Sequence record: DRR723986_6770
Strand: one strand, 5' to 3'
DNA: 52,187 nucleotides
The translations under genes and the position numbers were made by a program. The notes under the pieces were generated by a model, which saw nothing but the letters and a program-made list of their open reading frames with translations, did no database searches and had not been told where the DNA came from. Below, piece by piece: positions 20,318 to 29,650 of the stretch (position 1 is its first letter; each line of letters opens with the position of its first letter).

Positions 20318-21097
20318 TCATGAAATTAAATCGGATTTTCGACTAGGCACATAGAATGGTTCTCTGTCAAATACCTTATTAAGAAATGGTGAAATAATTA
20401 TCAACAAGAGCATTGCTCTAACAGAAATCCCTAAAACTCTATCAATATTTGCCATGTTAATTGCTAACTCTCTGCTAATGCCAAAAATATAGATCCGAGC
20501 CACGGAGTTTATATATATCAAGGAATAAGTGAATAAGAGTATGGTAGTTTGCCAAAAAGAGATTAATCTAAGCGGATGGGAATCTAAATAGTGATCATTG
20601 GTGATCATTCCTATAAAATATAATCCACAGCTAACCAAAACTATATTAGCAGCCAAAGCTGCAATAAAAGGCTGATCTAAATACAATGGTTCGACGCCTG
20701 TCAGTTGAAAAACTACAGCTGTGATCAAAAATATAGAAATCATCCAATTGATGTATTTTTTCTTGGAAGGTTCAATCCATATTTTAATTAAAAACAGGAA
20801 CAGAACTGTAGTGATTTGTTTATTGGAAATGTTGTATAACCAAATATTATACATGGGATTCTCGGTATTTCCTAAGAATTCATTTACAGCTTTTTTAAAC
20901 TCGAAATTGGAATTGACATATCCTCCTAGGGCTTCATAAATAACAGAAAAGCCCAAAATCACTAAAGGAAGCCAATAGAGACTATTGGCCTTTTTCTCCT
21001 TCGGCAGTTTCAAGAAGAAATAGATTCCGATTAAAAGTAGGACATCCACCGTAATTGTATAGTAATTTACATAAGCATGCCAAAATTTACTTTCCAT
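20318..21097 (-). CDS. Hypothetical polytopic (about 7 TM) membrane protein, paralog A
   Basis: Shares KLPK, YExLGxY, NFEFKKxVNxFLGN, NxWLYN, QLTGxExLYLxQP, GLYFIG, PLxLISFW and SPFL with paralog B. Confidence 0.85.
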   Translation of the reverse strand: MESKFWHAYVNYYTITVDVLLLIGIYFFLKLPKEKKANSLYWLPLVILGFSVIYEALGGYVNSNFEFKKAVNEFLGNTENPMYNIWLYNISNKQITTVLFLFLIKIWIEPSKKKYINWMISIFLITAVVFQLTGVEPLYLDQPFIAALAANIVLVSCGLYFIGMITNDHYLDSHPLRLISFWQTTILLFTYSLIYINSVARIYIFGISRELAINMANIDRVLGISVRAMLLLIIISPFLNKVFDREPFYVPSRKSDLIS

Positions 21098-21099
21098 AC

Positions 21100-21495
21100 T
21101 TAGGAATCAGTTGGTTCTGGATCACAATATGGAGGGCATAATACACCATTGTTTTGATAATCCTCTTCGGGATTTTCCAAGGTAATTTGATCTTCGTTTA
21201 GGTTAGCCGCTCTCATTACTACAGTTAAAGCACCCGTTAATTGTTCCACTTCGTTTGGGTGATATTTAGCTGCTACTTCTTCTGTATATTCAGTGATATA
21301 AAACTGAATACCTCCTTTTTTAGGATCTTTATCAGCTTTTGCCAATAAACCCTCTAGAGTTTCTCTGTTGAAAAAAATCCAATTTGTTTGGTCGATTTTA
21401 TCCTTGCCTTTTTTGTCCTTGGCTGGCTTTCCTTTCTTCACTTCCTTACTATACTTTAACTTCATACTTTCGAAGTCTTCTTTTGAAATTTTCAT
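21100..21495 (-). CDS. Small hypothetical protein with C-terminal CPPYC motif
   Basis: 131 aa with no signal peptide; ends NNGVLCPPYCDPEPTDS, 2 nt before paralog A. Confidence 0.85.
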   Translation of the reverse strand: MKISKEDFESMKLKYSKEVKKGKPAKDKKGKDKIDQTNWIFFNRETLEGLLAKADKDPKKGGIQFYITEYTEEVAAKYHPNEVEQLTGALTVVMRAANLNEDQITLENPEEDYQNNGVLCPPYCDPEPTDS

Positions 21496-21584
21496 GTAAA
21501 ATTACGTTTGTAAAAATTTTAGATAATTAAAAGCTGTAGAAATAATTCCCCAAAAGATAAGGATTTTATCTCCTATAAGACAAT

Positions 21585-21616
21585 AAAAAAGGAGCGAGTA
21601 CACTACCCGCTCCTTT
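21585..21616 (-). terminator. secDF terminator
   Basis: Hairpin AAAGGAGCG...CGCTCCTTT with an A6 run (U-tail on the minus strand). Confidence 0.75.
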
Positions 21617-21641
21617 AAAAAAACGCTGCTATTCTGGAGAA

Positions 21642-24614
21642 TTAAGCAAGCTTTTTAGCTTCTTTCGAAGCAGTTTCATTTTCGATTTCTCTTTTCATCA
21701 AATCCACTACAATTGGCGTAGCGATGTAGATAGAAGAATAAGTACCTACCAATACACCAATAAATAATGCAAATGAGAATCCTCTCAACACTTCACCACC
21801 AAATATCAACAAGACAATCACTACGATCAACGTAGTAAATGAAGTAATCAAGGTACGGCCTAAGGTTTGATTGATTGCGTCATTGAAGACTTTTACCAAT
21901 TTATGTGTTCCTCTGCTTTCGATATTCTCACGAATACGGTCAAATACAATCACGGTATCGTTAATAGAATAACCAATCACTGTCAATACCGCTGCAATAA
22001 ACACCTGATCAATCTCAAATGTAGCTCCAAAAGCACTCGCGATAGCAAAGGCTGCAATCACAAATAAGGTATCGTGAATCAAGGCAATGATAGACGCCAA
22101 GGAGAATTGCCACTTACGGAATCTTAGCAAGATGTATAGGAATATCGCAATCAATGCTACAACCATAGCTTCAACGGAAGATGCTTTAATATCATCCGCT
22201 ACTGTAGCACCTACTTTGGAAGAACCTGTGATGGCAAATTGACCTGAAGCTAAAGCTTCAGCATCTTCAGTAAATGATAGTCCAGTAACTGAGGCAATTC
22301 CTTCTTTCACTTTACTTTCAACTTCTAGGTTAGATTCAGCATCATCTTCGTTTACCAAATAGGAAGTTGTCACTTTCAAGACGTTGTTTGAACCGTAAGT
22401 TTTCACTTCCACAGATCCGTCAAACTCCCTATCCAAACCTGATTTTAAATCTGAAGCTGCCATTGGCTCATCAAATGCAACGATATAAGAACGTCCGCCT
22501 GTGAAATCAACCCCGAATTTCAAGCCATTCACAGCAGCTATTCCCAATCCAATCACAATGATGGAAGAGGAAATAAGGTAAGCAACTTTTCTTTTACCCA
22601 AGAAATCAAGATTCAATGAGCTCAATGAATTTTTTGCAAATGGAGTCGCAAAACTGATGGAGCTCTTATCGCCTTTCTTACTCATCCAAGATACAATCAC
22701 TCGAGTGATAAATACAGCAGAGAAGAAGGAGGAAGCAATACCAATCATCAATACGATTGCAAAACCTTTTACTGGGCCTTGGCCTAATGCATAAAGAATA
22801 GCACCTGTAAGGAAAGTCGTTACGTTTGAATCGAGAATCGCTGAGAAAGCTTTGTTGTAACCTGCATTGATCGCAGCGATCAAACCAACGCCATTTCGAA
22901 GCTCCTCTTTGATACGTTCAAAAATCAATACGTTCGCATCAATGGACATACCTATCGTCAAAACGATACCTGCTATACCTGGCAAGGTCAAGGCAGTTCC
23001 TAACTGAGCTAGGATACCTAGGATAAAGAAGATGTTGAACACCAATGCTGCGATAGCTACCAAGCCACCTTTTGAATAATAAGCCATCATGAATAACACC
23101 ACAATACTTAATCCTGCCACCATGGAGATCAAACCTTGGTTCAATGCTTCTTTACCTAAGGTTGGACCGATGATGCTTTCTTCTACGATTTGCGTAGGAG
23201 CTGGAAGAGAACCTGATTTTAGGATGTTTGCCAAATCCTGAGCCTCTTGTAGGGTGAAGTTGCCGGAAATTTCAGATTGTCCTGAAGGAATTTCGCCATT
23301 TACTACCGGAGCGGTGTAAACATAGTCATCTAATACCACGGCAATTCGTCTTCCGATATTCTCAGAAGTTAATTTTCTCCATTTTCTAGCACCATCTGCA
23401 TTCATCTGCATGGAAACTGCAGGTCTGGAAGTCTGATCCAAAGCCTGACGAGCATCAGTCACTACATCACCTTCAAGCGGTGCTTCGTCCGTTCCTCTTT
23501 CAGCTTTAATTGCAAAAAGCTCCAACGTTTCAGTACCATCTTCTGCCTCGAAAGGCTTAACTGCCCATAGGAGCTTAATATCTCTTGGTAATAGGTTTTT
23601 GTAATCCTCATTTTTGATGATACGGTTGATTGCCATCGTATCACGAAGCTCATATGCTAGTCCGTAATTAGGCTTAAGTAAGCTGAAGAGAGGAGAAACA
23701 CTGTTATCACCAGATCTAGACGGATCGATCTCTGCCAATTGCTTTTCTAAGGCATTTCTTAGAGAATCCTCACCCGTCAGATTTTCTGTAGATACAGTGT
23801 CTGCAGCTGCAGGTTCTGCTGATTGATTGGCAGCTACCCAGGCACTATTCACAGCTTCTAGCGCTGCACCGATTTCATTTGTTTCAGCTACTTCCCAAAA
23901 CTGTAGCTTTGCTACGCCTTGAAGCAAGTTTCTTACTCTTTCTTGATTGTCAACACCTGGTAATTCGATCTGGATACGACCAGATCCTTGAATTCTCTGA
24001 ATGTTTGGTTGAGAAGTCCCGAATCTATCAATACGAGTTCTAAGGATGTTGAATGAACGCTCGATTGCGTTTTCAATCTCGTTATCGATGATCTCCAAAA
24101 TTTCAGAATCAGAAGACTCCAAAGAAATTCGGCCTCTATTGGCTGCAGTAGCGAAGATTCCGCTCAATTTTTGACCTGGGCTATTCTTCTGAAAAGCTGC
24201 ATAGAATAGATCCACATATTTTGCAGTCGAAGTCTTAGCTTCTTCACGAGCTTCTTCTACAGATTTGTTGAAAGCCGCATCCTTAGGATTACCAGCAAGT
24301 CCTTTTACGATTTCCACCGGGGAAACTGCCAAAGTAACGTGCATACCGCCTTGAAGGTCAAGACCTAATCCTAGTTCGGTTTCCTTTACTTCTTGGAAAG
24401 TATAATCAGCTCCTAAGAAGCTGTAAACCGGAGCTCTCCAGATAGAATCAAGATAGCTTTGTCTTTTAGAAAAATCCACGTTGCCAGATGCGTCAGTCGC
24501 ATATTCCTGAGCCCCTTTTTGGATATTGTTTGATACAAATGTGAATGACAGATAGTACAAGCATAATGCTGTAACAATCACTGTCAAAAACACAATGACA
24601 CCTTTGTTTTGCAT
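21642..24614 (-). CDS. secDF: Protein translocase subunit SecDF
   Basis: Motifs LGLDLQGG, IGPTLG, IDANVLIFERI, GVDFTGG and GYSINDTVIVFDRIRE. Confidence 0.97.
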   Translation of the reverse strand: MQNKGVIVFLTVIVTALCLYYLSFTFVSNNIQKGAQEYATDASGNVDFSKRQSYLDSIWRAPVYSFLGADYTFQEVKETELGLGLDLQGGMHVTLAVSPVEIVKGLAGNPKDAAFNKSVEEAREEAKTSTAKYVDLFYAAFQKNSPGQKLSGIFATAANRGRISLESSDSEILEIIDNEIENAIERSFNILRTRIDRFGTSQPNIQRIQGSGRIQIELPGVDNQERVRNLLQGVAKLQFWEVAETNEIGAALEAVNSAWVAANQSAEPAAADTVSTENLTGEDSLRNALEKQLAEIDPSRSGDNSVSPLFSLLKPNYGLAYELRDTMAINRIIKNEDYKNLLPRDIKLLWAVKPFEAEDGTETLELFAIKAERGTDEAPLEGDVVTDARQALDQTSRPAVSMQMNADGARKWRKLTSENIGRRIAVVLDDYVYTAPVVNGEIPSGQSEISGNFTLQEAQDLANILKSGSLPAPTQIVEESIIGPTLGKEALNQGLISMVAGLSIVVLFMMAYYSKGGLVAIAALVFNIFFILGILAQLGTALTLPGIAGIVLTIGMSIDANVLIFERIKEELRNGVGLIAAINAGYNKAFSAILDSNVTTFLTGAILYALGQGPVKGFAIVLMIGIASSFFSAVFITRVIVSWMSKKGDKSSISFATPFAKNSLSSLNLDFLGKRKVAYLISSSIIVIGLGIAAVNGLKFGVDFTGGRSYIVAFDEPMAASDLKSGLDREFDGSVEVKTYGSNNVLKVTTSYLVNEDDAESNLEVESKVKEGIASVTGLSFTEDAEALASGQFAITGSSKVGATVADDIKASSVEAMVVALIAIFLYILLRFRKWQFSLASIIALIHDTLFVIAAFAIASAFGATFEIDQVFIAAVLTVIGYSINDTVIVFDRIRENIESRGTHKLVKVFNDAINQTLGRTLITSFTTLIVVIVLLIFGGEVLRGFSFALFIGVLVGTYSSIYIATPIVVDLMKREIENETASKEAKKLA

Positions 24615-24707
24615 GAGAAATTGAAATTATTAATTGATTGTAAATACAGATTTATAGCTTAACCTATAAAAAGGTAAGCGTTTGGATGATTCGGGATGTA
24701 CTTGGAA

Positions 24708-25064
24708 TCAGGGTCCTTTGGTGGATATTATTCGCTCAAAAAGTATTTCTACGAGCTGGTTTGCTTGAAAAACTGAGGTGGACTCGGTGATGAATGTACC
24801 TCCATCAAATCTTACGATATCCTGAATTAGGTAAAGTAAGCTGTGAGATACATGAACTACAAATGGGACCACGGCATCCACCGCCACATTTAAAAAAGTT
24901 TGATCCTGATCATTTGAGGAAGCTTTGTCTTGTTTTTCAACTTTGACTACTGCACCATTTTCAGGTACATATTCTACGCTTGAAATAAATAAACAGAACA
25001 GCAAAGCCAGCATCACAGTAATGCGCTGTTGAAATAAGTTGCTATTTCGTTTTGTTGCTTTCAT
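24708..25064 (-). CDS. secDF upstream ORF (118 aa), candidate translation-arrest/monitoring peptide
   Basis: N-terminal basic region plus TM segment (ITVMLALLFCLFISSV) and C-terminal LFERIISTKGP-stop. It ends 93 nt before secDF. The ATG at 25064 follows TATATTTG. The CDS is well supported; the function is inferred. Confidence 0.7.
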   Translation of the reverse strand: MKATKRNSNLFQQRITVMLALLFCLFISSVEYVPENGAVVKVEKQDKASSNDQDQTFLNVAVDAVVPFVVHVSHSLLYLIQDIVRFDGGTFITESTSVFQANQLVEILFERIISTKGP

Positions 25065-25176
25065 GCGGCGCAAATATAGCCAATTATTTAAATTGACCAT
25101 TTCTCATCTTAGATTTTCTGATTATGGATTACGAATTCAGAACAAAATGATGTAAATCAGGCAATTAACAGTATAA

Positions 25177-25794
25177 TTAAGATGTCCTAACACGCAAGTA
25201 GGTGCGGATAACCTCGAGTGCTTTATCAAAATTATGATTATTAGGGACGATCAAATCGGCATCGTTCATAAATGGCTTGATGTATTTCTCGTAAGTAGGC
25301 ATCACGTGCTGCTCATAGCGATACAGCACATCATCCAAATCGTATCCGCGTTCCACTTTATCACGAATAATTCTTCGCTTCAGCTTAATGTGATCTTTGG
25401 CATCTATAAAAACCTTAAGGTCTAGAAGACTAGCCAATTCTGGGTAATACAACACAAAAATACCTTCCACAACTACCACAGGTGCTGAGGAAAAAGTTAA
25501 CATTTTTGGCTTTTTAGCTGCGTTATTGAAAGTGTATTCCTCTCTGTAAACCGTTTCTCCAGCCTGAATTTTACGGATATCAGCTGCGTACTCTTCAAAA
25601 TCTATGCTTTCCGGCCGATCAAAATTATGAACTCCATGATCGTCTATCGGCTGCATCTCTCTCGGCTTGTAATAATTATCCTGAGAAATCAGACAAACCT
25701 CACCAGCCTCGAATGAACTAAGCAATCGCTCTAAAAAAAGTGTTTTCCCTGAAGCTGATCCTCCTGTGATACCGACGATGAATGGTTTTTGCAT
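25177..25794 (-). CDS. udk: Uridine kinase
   Basis: Motifs GITGGSASGKT, SQDNYY, NFDRP, VEGI and RD..ERG. Confidence 0.9.
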   Translation of the reverse strand: MQKPFIVGITGGSASGKTLFLERLLSSFEAGEVCLISQDNYYKPREMQPIDDHGVHNFDRPESIDFEEYAADIRKIQAGETVYREEYTFNNAAKKPKMLTFSSAPVVVVEGIFVLYYPELASLLDLKVFIDAKDHIKLKRRIIRDKVERGYDLDDVLYRYEQHVMPTYEKYIKPFMNDADLIVPNNHNFDKALEVIRTYLRVRTS

Positions 25795-25831
25795 GAGGCA
25801 AAGTTAAGGTGATTTTCTTCTTTTAACAGAA

Positions 25832-26407
25832 TTATATATGGCTCAAAAAGGAAATAAGCTCAGCGACGGCTTTTCCGCGATGAGAAATTGCGTTCTTTTC
25901 GGATAAATTCATCTCAGCAAAAGATCTTGGATATCCCATCGGAAGAAAAACAGGATCATATCCAAATCCTCCCGCTCCAGTTCTGCTTCGCAAAATCTCT
26001 CCCTCAGCAACTCCCTCAAATTTGTACTCTTCCTCACCAAGCAAAAGCGCAATGACCGTCTTAAATCGAGCCGTTCTCAATGAAGTATTCTCAAGCATTT
26101 TAAGCAAGAGATCTATATTTCGCTCATCACTTCTAGGCTCACCGGCATAGCGCCCGGAATAAACTCCTGGTTCGCCTTCCAATGCATCTACTTCCAACCC
26201 TGTGTCATCTGCAAAGCAGTCCACCCCAAAATGCTCCTTGATATACTTTGCCTTCTGAAAAGCATTATGCTCCAGCGTATCGCCAGTCTCAGGGAGCTCA
26301 TCCAGACAACCAATATCTTTCAATGATACAATTTCAAAGCTATCACCCAGGGCAGCCTTTACTTCTTCAATTTTCTTCGGGTTGTTTGTAGCAAAGCAAA
26401 TTTTCAT
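25832..26407 (-). CDS. rdgB: Non-canonical purine NTP pyrophosphatase (Ham1 family)
   Basis: Motifs ATNNPKK, ADDTGL, GFGYDP and KNAISHR. Confidence 0.95.
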   Translation of the reverse strand: MKICFATNNPKKIEEVKAALGDSFEIVSLKDIGCLDELPETGDTLEHNAFQKAKYIKEHFGVDCFADDTGLEVDALEGEPGVYSGRYAGEPRSDERNIDLLLKMLENTSLRTARFKTVIALLLGEEEYKFEGVAEGEILRSRTGAGGFGYDPVFLPMGYPRSFAEMNLSEKNAISHRGKAVAELISFLSHI

Positions 26408-26677
26408 ACCTCAAAAATAGTGGATAATGAATACCTGCCATGATACCATTAAATATAATTCCCTTGATTGATGGGCTAGAAGAGCGAAGGCGGACTCAAT
26501 ATGAGTATTTACTACCAATGAAGACGCTTTTCAGGATACTTTTGAAAACTTTTATATTCAATACTAATCCCAAACACCATTTCATTCAGTACCATTAAGC
26601 TTTTGTAAAACCTTCCTTATGCCTGTGAATTAAAAAATAGAAACATGTAATTTCGAATTTAACGTTTGATCAAAATC

Positions 26678-27244
26678 ATGAAGAAAATCACCATTTATTG
26701 CGGATCCAGAAAAGGCAAAAGTTCAGTTTATGAAGAAGGAGCAAAAGCACTTGCTCATGAAATGATCAAACGGGATCACTCACTAGTATATGGAGCGGGA
26801 AGAGTAGGTTTGATGGGTGTGATCGCGGATGAAATGCTTGGAGCTGGAAAGGACGTGTTAGGGATCATTCCCCAGAAATTGGTAGATCGAGAGGTAGCAC
26901 ACCGAGGATGTACTGAACTTATCATAGTTGAGACTATGCGGGATCGAAAATGGCTGATGGCAGAGCGAGGTGATGCGTTTATTGCAATGCCGGGCGGGAT
27001 AGGCACCCTGGAAGAACTTTTTGAAATCATGACGCTAAACCAACTTCATTACATCCAGAAGCCTCTGGCACTCTATAATGTGAATGGGTATTATGATAAA
27101 CTCCTAGCTTTTTTGAGCCATGCAATGGAAGAAGGGTTCATGTACCCTGAGCAGGATGAGTTACTGATTGTCTCGGACGATCCAGTGGATTTACTAGATC
27201 AGATTGAAAAGTATGAAGCGAGGAGACCAGCAGATTGGGGGTGA
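26678..27244 (+). CDS. LOG-family (TIGR00730-type) nucleotide phosphoribohydrolase
   Basis: Motifs YCGS, VYGAG..GLMG, MRDRK and PGGIGTLEE. Confidence 0.9.
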   Translation: MKKITIYCGSRKGKSSVYEEGAKALAHEMIKRDHSLVYGAGRVGLMGVIADEMLGAGKDVLGIIPQKLVDREVAHRGCTELIIVETMRDRKWLMAERGDAFIAMPGGIGTLEELFEIMTLNQLHYIQKPLALYNVNGYYDKLLAFLSHAMEEGFMYPEQDELLIVSDDPVDLLDQIEKYEARRPADWG

Positions 27245-27293
27245 GATGCTGGGTGCCGGATGCCCGATGTCGGGTGTTGGATGTCTGGTGTCT
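27245..27293 (+). repeat. Seven-unit GRTGYYN heptamer array directly after the LOG stop codon
   Basis: GATGCTG-GGTGCCG-GATGCCC-GATGTCG-GGTGTTG-GATGTCT-GGTGTCT. Confidence 0.8.
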
Positions 27294-27313
27294 GCCTGAG
27301 CGAAGTCGAAGAC
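27290..27313 (+). repeat. REP-like 24-bp motif, copy 2
   Basis: GTCTGCCTGAGCGAAGTCGAAGAC; matches 10647-10670. Confidence 0.55.
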
Positions 27314-27466
27314 AGCCTTAGTAGTTTCTTCTTCTGGAGAAGGTTTTTAATAATAAATGTAAAATGTTGAAGTTCGAATAATGAAGTTTGGGAAAGGCAC
27401 GGGGCATCGAGCAAAAAGAATAATTTAAAACCATCCTAAAAAGATAATTTCGTATTTTTGCGCAGC

Positions 27467-27970
27467 ATGATCCAAAAACTCTTTCCATTAGACAAAAATT
27501 ACATCCTTCGTCAGGCACAGTCTGTGCTTGAAGAAGAACTAATTGATAGAATGGTTTTTGAATTGAAGCTATCTTATACGTCCCTGTATAATCCGCTTCA
27601 GTTGATGGATGAGACTTATGTTCAGATACTTGATACTTTCGAATTCCCTAGAGATCGGGTTCGCTTAATCTACCGTCAACTTTGTGGTATCTATCGCTAT
27701 AAGCATGGAGATAATCAATTGGAAATGCTTTTTGATGGAAGAACTCACTTGGAGAAATTTCAAGAGGATTGGTCGGCTGCTTTAGTAGTTTATGCCCGTG
27801 AGCTTGGGATCTATGAGCAGTATGTGAAAACCATGCTTAGAATGACTTTACTTTTTGATACCGAATCCAGAGCGGAATGGGCAGAAAATCATTGCAAAGC
27901 TTTTATCAACCAACACTACGAATTGAAGGTGGTAAAAAGACAAGGGGAACTTCGTTTGAAAGTTGGGTAA
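27467..27970 (+). CDS. Hypothetical protein
   Basis: 167-aa ORF with an ATG 6 nt after TATTTTTG; no recognised motif. Confidence 0.75.
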   Translation: MIQKLFPLDKNYILRQAQSVLEEELIDRMVFELKLSYTSLYNPLQLMDETYVQILDTFEFPRDRVRLIYRQLCGIYRYKHGDNQLEMLFDGRTHLEKFQEDWSAALVVYARELGIYEQYVKTMLRMTLLFDTESRAEWAENHCKAFINQHYELKVVKRQGELRLKVG

Positions 27971-27985
27971 ACCAAATTTGCTGTC

Positions 27986-28915
27986 TCAACGCCATTTTAC
28001 TTTGATGTATTGATCTATCTTTTGAAATCTTTCTGGGATTGATTTTAATATACTCGCTCGTAAAACTTCGATCAAAGCTTCCTTGGTAAAGCTACTGTGT
28101 ACAACGAGACTGATTTCACGAACGGGCTCCGGAGAGTCAAATCTTCGGATTCTTTCATTCCCAAATTCAGATAGGACTGCCATCTCCGGTACAAGTGTGT
28201 ACCCAACTCCTTTGTCCACCAATCGAATCAAAGACTCAATCGATCCACTTTGATATTCAAAACCAAAGTTATTCCTAGTTCTATCACTTTCGCAGATCGC
28301 TAAGGTCTGCTCTCTAAAACAATGTCCTTCATCCAAAACCAGCATTTGATTTAGATCCAAAACTGACGGGGTAATATGCCATTTTTTACAAAGCGGATGA
28401 TCTTTTGGTAAATAGAGCAAGAATGGCTCATTGAAAAGTGAAATCTCCCGAATGGATTTCTCCTCAATCGGAGTGACCAAAATCCCGATGTCCAGTGTGC
28501 CTTTTTGAAGTTCTGAGATGATTTCCACAGTCTGAAGCTCCCGGATCTTCAGTTTTGTCTTTGGATTTGCGCGGACAAATTCTGGCAAAAACAGCGAAAG
28601 TAAGTAAGGGGCAATCGTGGGAATCACCCCAATGGTAAAGGTGCCATCTAAAGACTCCTTTTCATCTTGGACAAATTCATTTAAATCGGCTACTTCACTA
28701 AGAATTTGGCGGGCTTTTAGAAGGATTTGCTCGCCAGCTGTTGTGGGTTTTACCGGCTTGGCATCGCGATCAAAAATTTTGACTCCAATCTCTTCTTCCA
28801 ATTTTTTTATCTGCGTAGTCAAGTTTGGCTGGGAGACATGGCAGCTTTCAGCAGCTTTCACAAAATGGCGATGATTATCTAAGGCGACGATATACTCTAA
28901 TTGATACAGGGTCAT
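27986..28915 (-). CDS. oxyR: Hydrogen-peroxide-responsive LysR regulator
   Basis: LysR HTH, redox motif GHCFREQTLAIC with two Cys, and divergent from ahpC. ATG at 28915. Confidence 0.92.
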   Translation of the reverse strand: MTLYQLEYIVALDNHRHFVKAAESCHVSQPNLTTQIKKLEEEIGVKIFDRDAKPVKPTTAGEQILLKARQILSEVADLNEFVQDEKESLDGTFTIGVIPTIAPYLLSLFLPEFVRANPKTKLKIRELQTVEIISELQKGTLDIGILVTPIEEKSIREISLFNEPFLLYLPKDHPLCKKWHITPSVLDLNQMLVLDEGHCFREQTLAICESDRTRNNFGFEYQSGSIESLIRLVDKGVGYTLVPEMAVLSEFGNERIRRFDSPEPVREISLVVHSSFTKEALIEVLRASILKSIPERFQKIDQYIKVKWR

Positions 28916-28951
28916 ATAACTCAAAGTTATAAAGAGATAACAATTATTAAT
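28916..28951. promoter_or_regulatory. Putative OxyR binding site
   Basis: ATAA-N7-TTAT-N6-ATAA-N7-TAAT, resembling the ATAG-N7-CTAT-N7-ATAG-N7-CTAT consensus, in the oxyR-ahpC spacer. Confidence 0.6.
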
Positions 28952-29016
28952 TTGATTAATGAGAAAATGTGAGACAACTTTGTGTAACAAATTTGAAAAC
29001 TAAACCTTACAATATT

Positions 29017-29574
29017 ATGACAAGCCGTATGCTTGGTTTGGGAGCTGAATTCCCAGCCTTCGAAAAAACCGCAGTAGTTTCTAGAGAAAAAGGACAAGAA
29101 TTCAAGACGATCAGCAACGATATACACACTGCCGATGGCAAGTGGATGGTGATGTTCTGGTGGCCAAAGGATTTTACTTTTGTATGTCCAACTGAAATCG
29201 CTGAATTCAACAATAACGCAGGTGAATTTGCAGACAGAGATGCAGTATTGGTAGGAGCTTCTACTGATTCTGAATTTGTTCACCTAGCTTGGAGAAACAA
29301 CCACGAAGATCTTCGTGATCTTAAGTTCCCAATGCTAGCCGATACTTCTAAGTCTCTTGCAGAAGAGCTAGGTATCCTGGAAGCATCTGAAAAAATCGCT
29401 TACAGAGCTACTTTCATCATCGATCCTCAAGGAATCGTTCGTTGGGTATCCGCATACGATCTTTCTGTAGGAAGAAATGTAGAAGAAGTATTGAGAGTGC
29501 TTGACGCGCTTCAGACTGACGAGCTTTGCCCATGCAACTGGGAAAAAGGAGAAGCTACATTGAACCTGAACTAA
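29017..29574 (+). CDS. ahpC: Peroxiredoxin AhpC
   Basis: Motifs PKDFTFVCPTE and ELCPCNW; ATG at 29017. Confidence 0.95.
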   Translation: MTSRMLGLGAEFPAFEKTAVVSREKGQEFKTISNDIHTADGKWMVMFWWPKDFTFVCPTEIAEFNNNAGEFADRDAVLVGASTDSEFVHLAWRNNHEDLRDLKFPMLADTSKSLAEELGILEASEKIAYRATFIIDPQGIVRWVSAYDLSVGRNVEEVLRVLDALQTDELCPCNWEKGEATLNLN

Positions 29575-29596
29575 TTCAGATCTCAAACCTAAAAGC

Positions 29597-29631
29597 AGCA
29601 AAGGAGGTCTTAAGGTCTCCTTTGCTTGTTT
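29597..29631 (+). terminator. Intergenic hairpin between ahpC and ahpD
   Basis: AGCAAAGGAG-gtcttaaggt-CTCCTTTGCT followed by TGTTT. Confidence 0.55.
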
Positions 29632-29650
29632 CAAACCTTAATCTGACACC

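Noticed and set aside
26440-26598. 52-codon plus-strand ORF in the rdgB-LOG spacer
   Set aside because: No recognisable motif, and it lies in a divergent promoter region; it could be chance or a remnant.
27199-27518. Minus-strand ORFs 27199-27414 and 27318-27518
   Set aside because: The QHPTSGIRHPASHP stretch is just the translated heptamer array; both ORFs overlap real genes and have non-ATG or weak starts.
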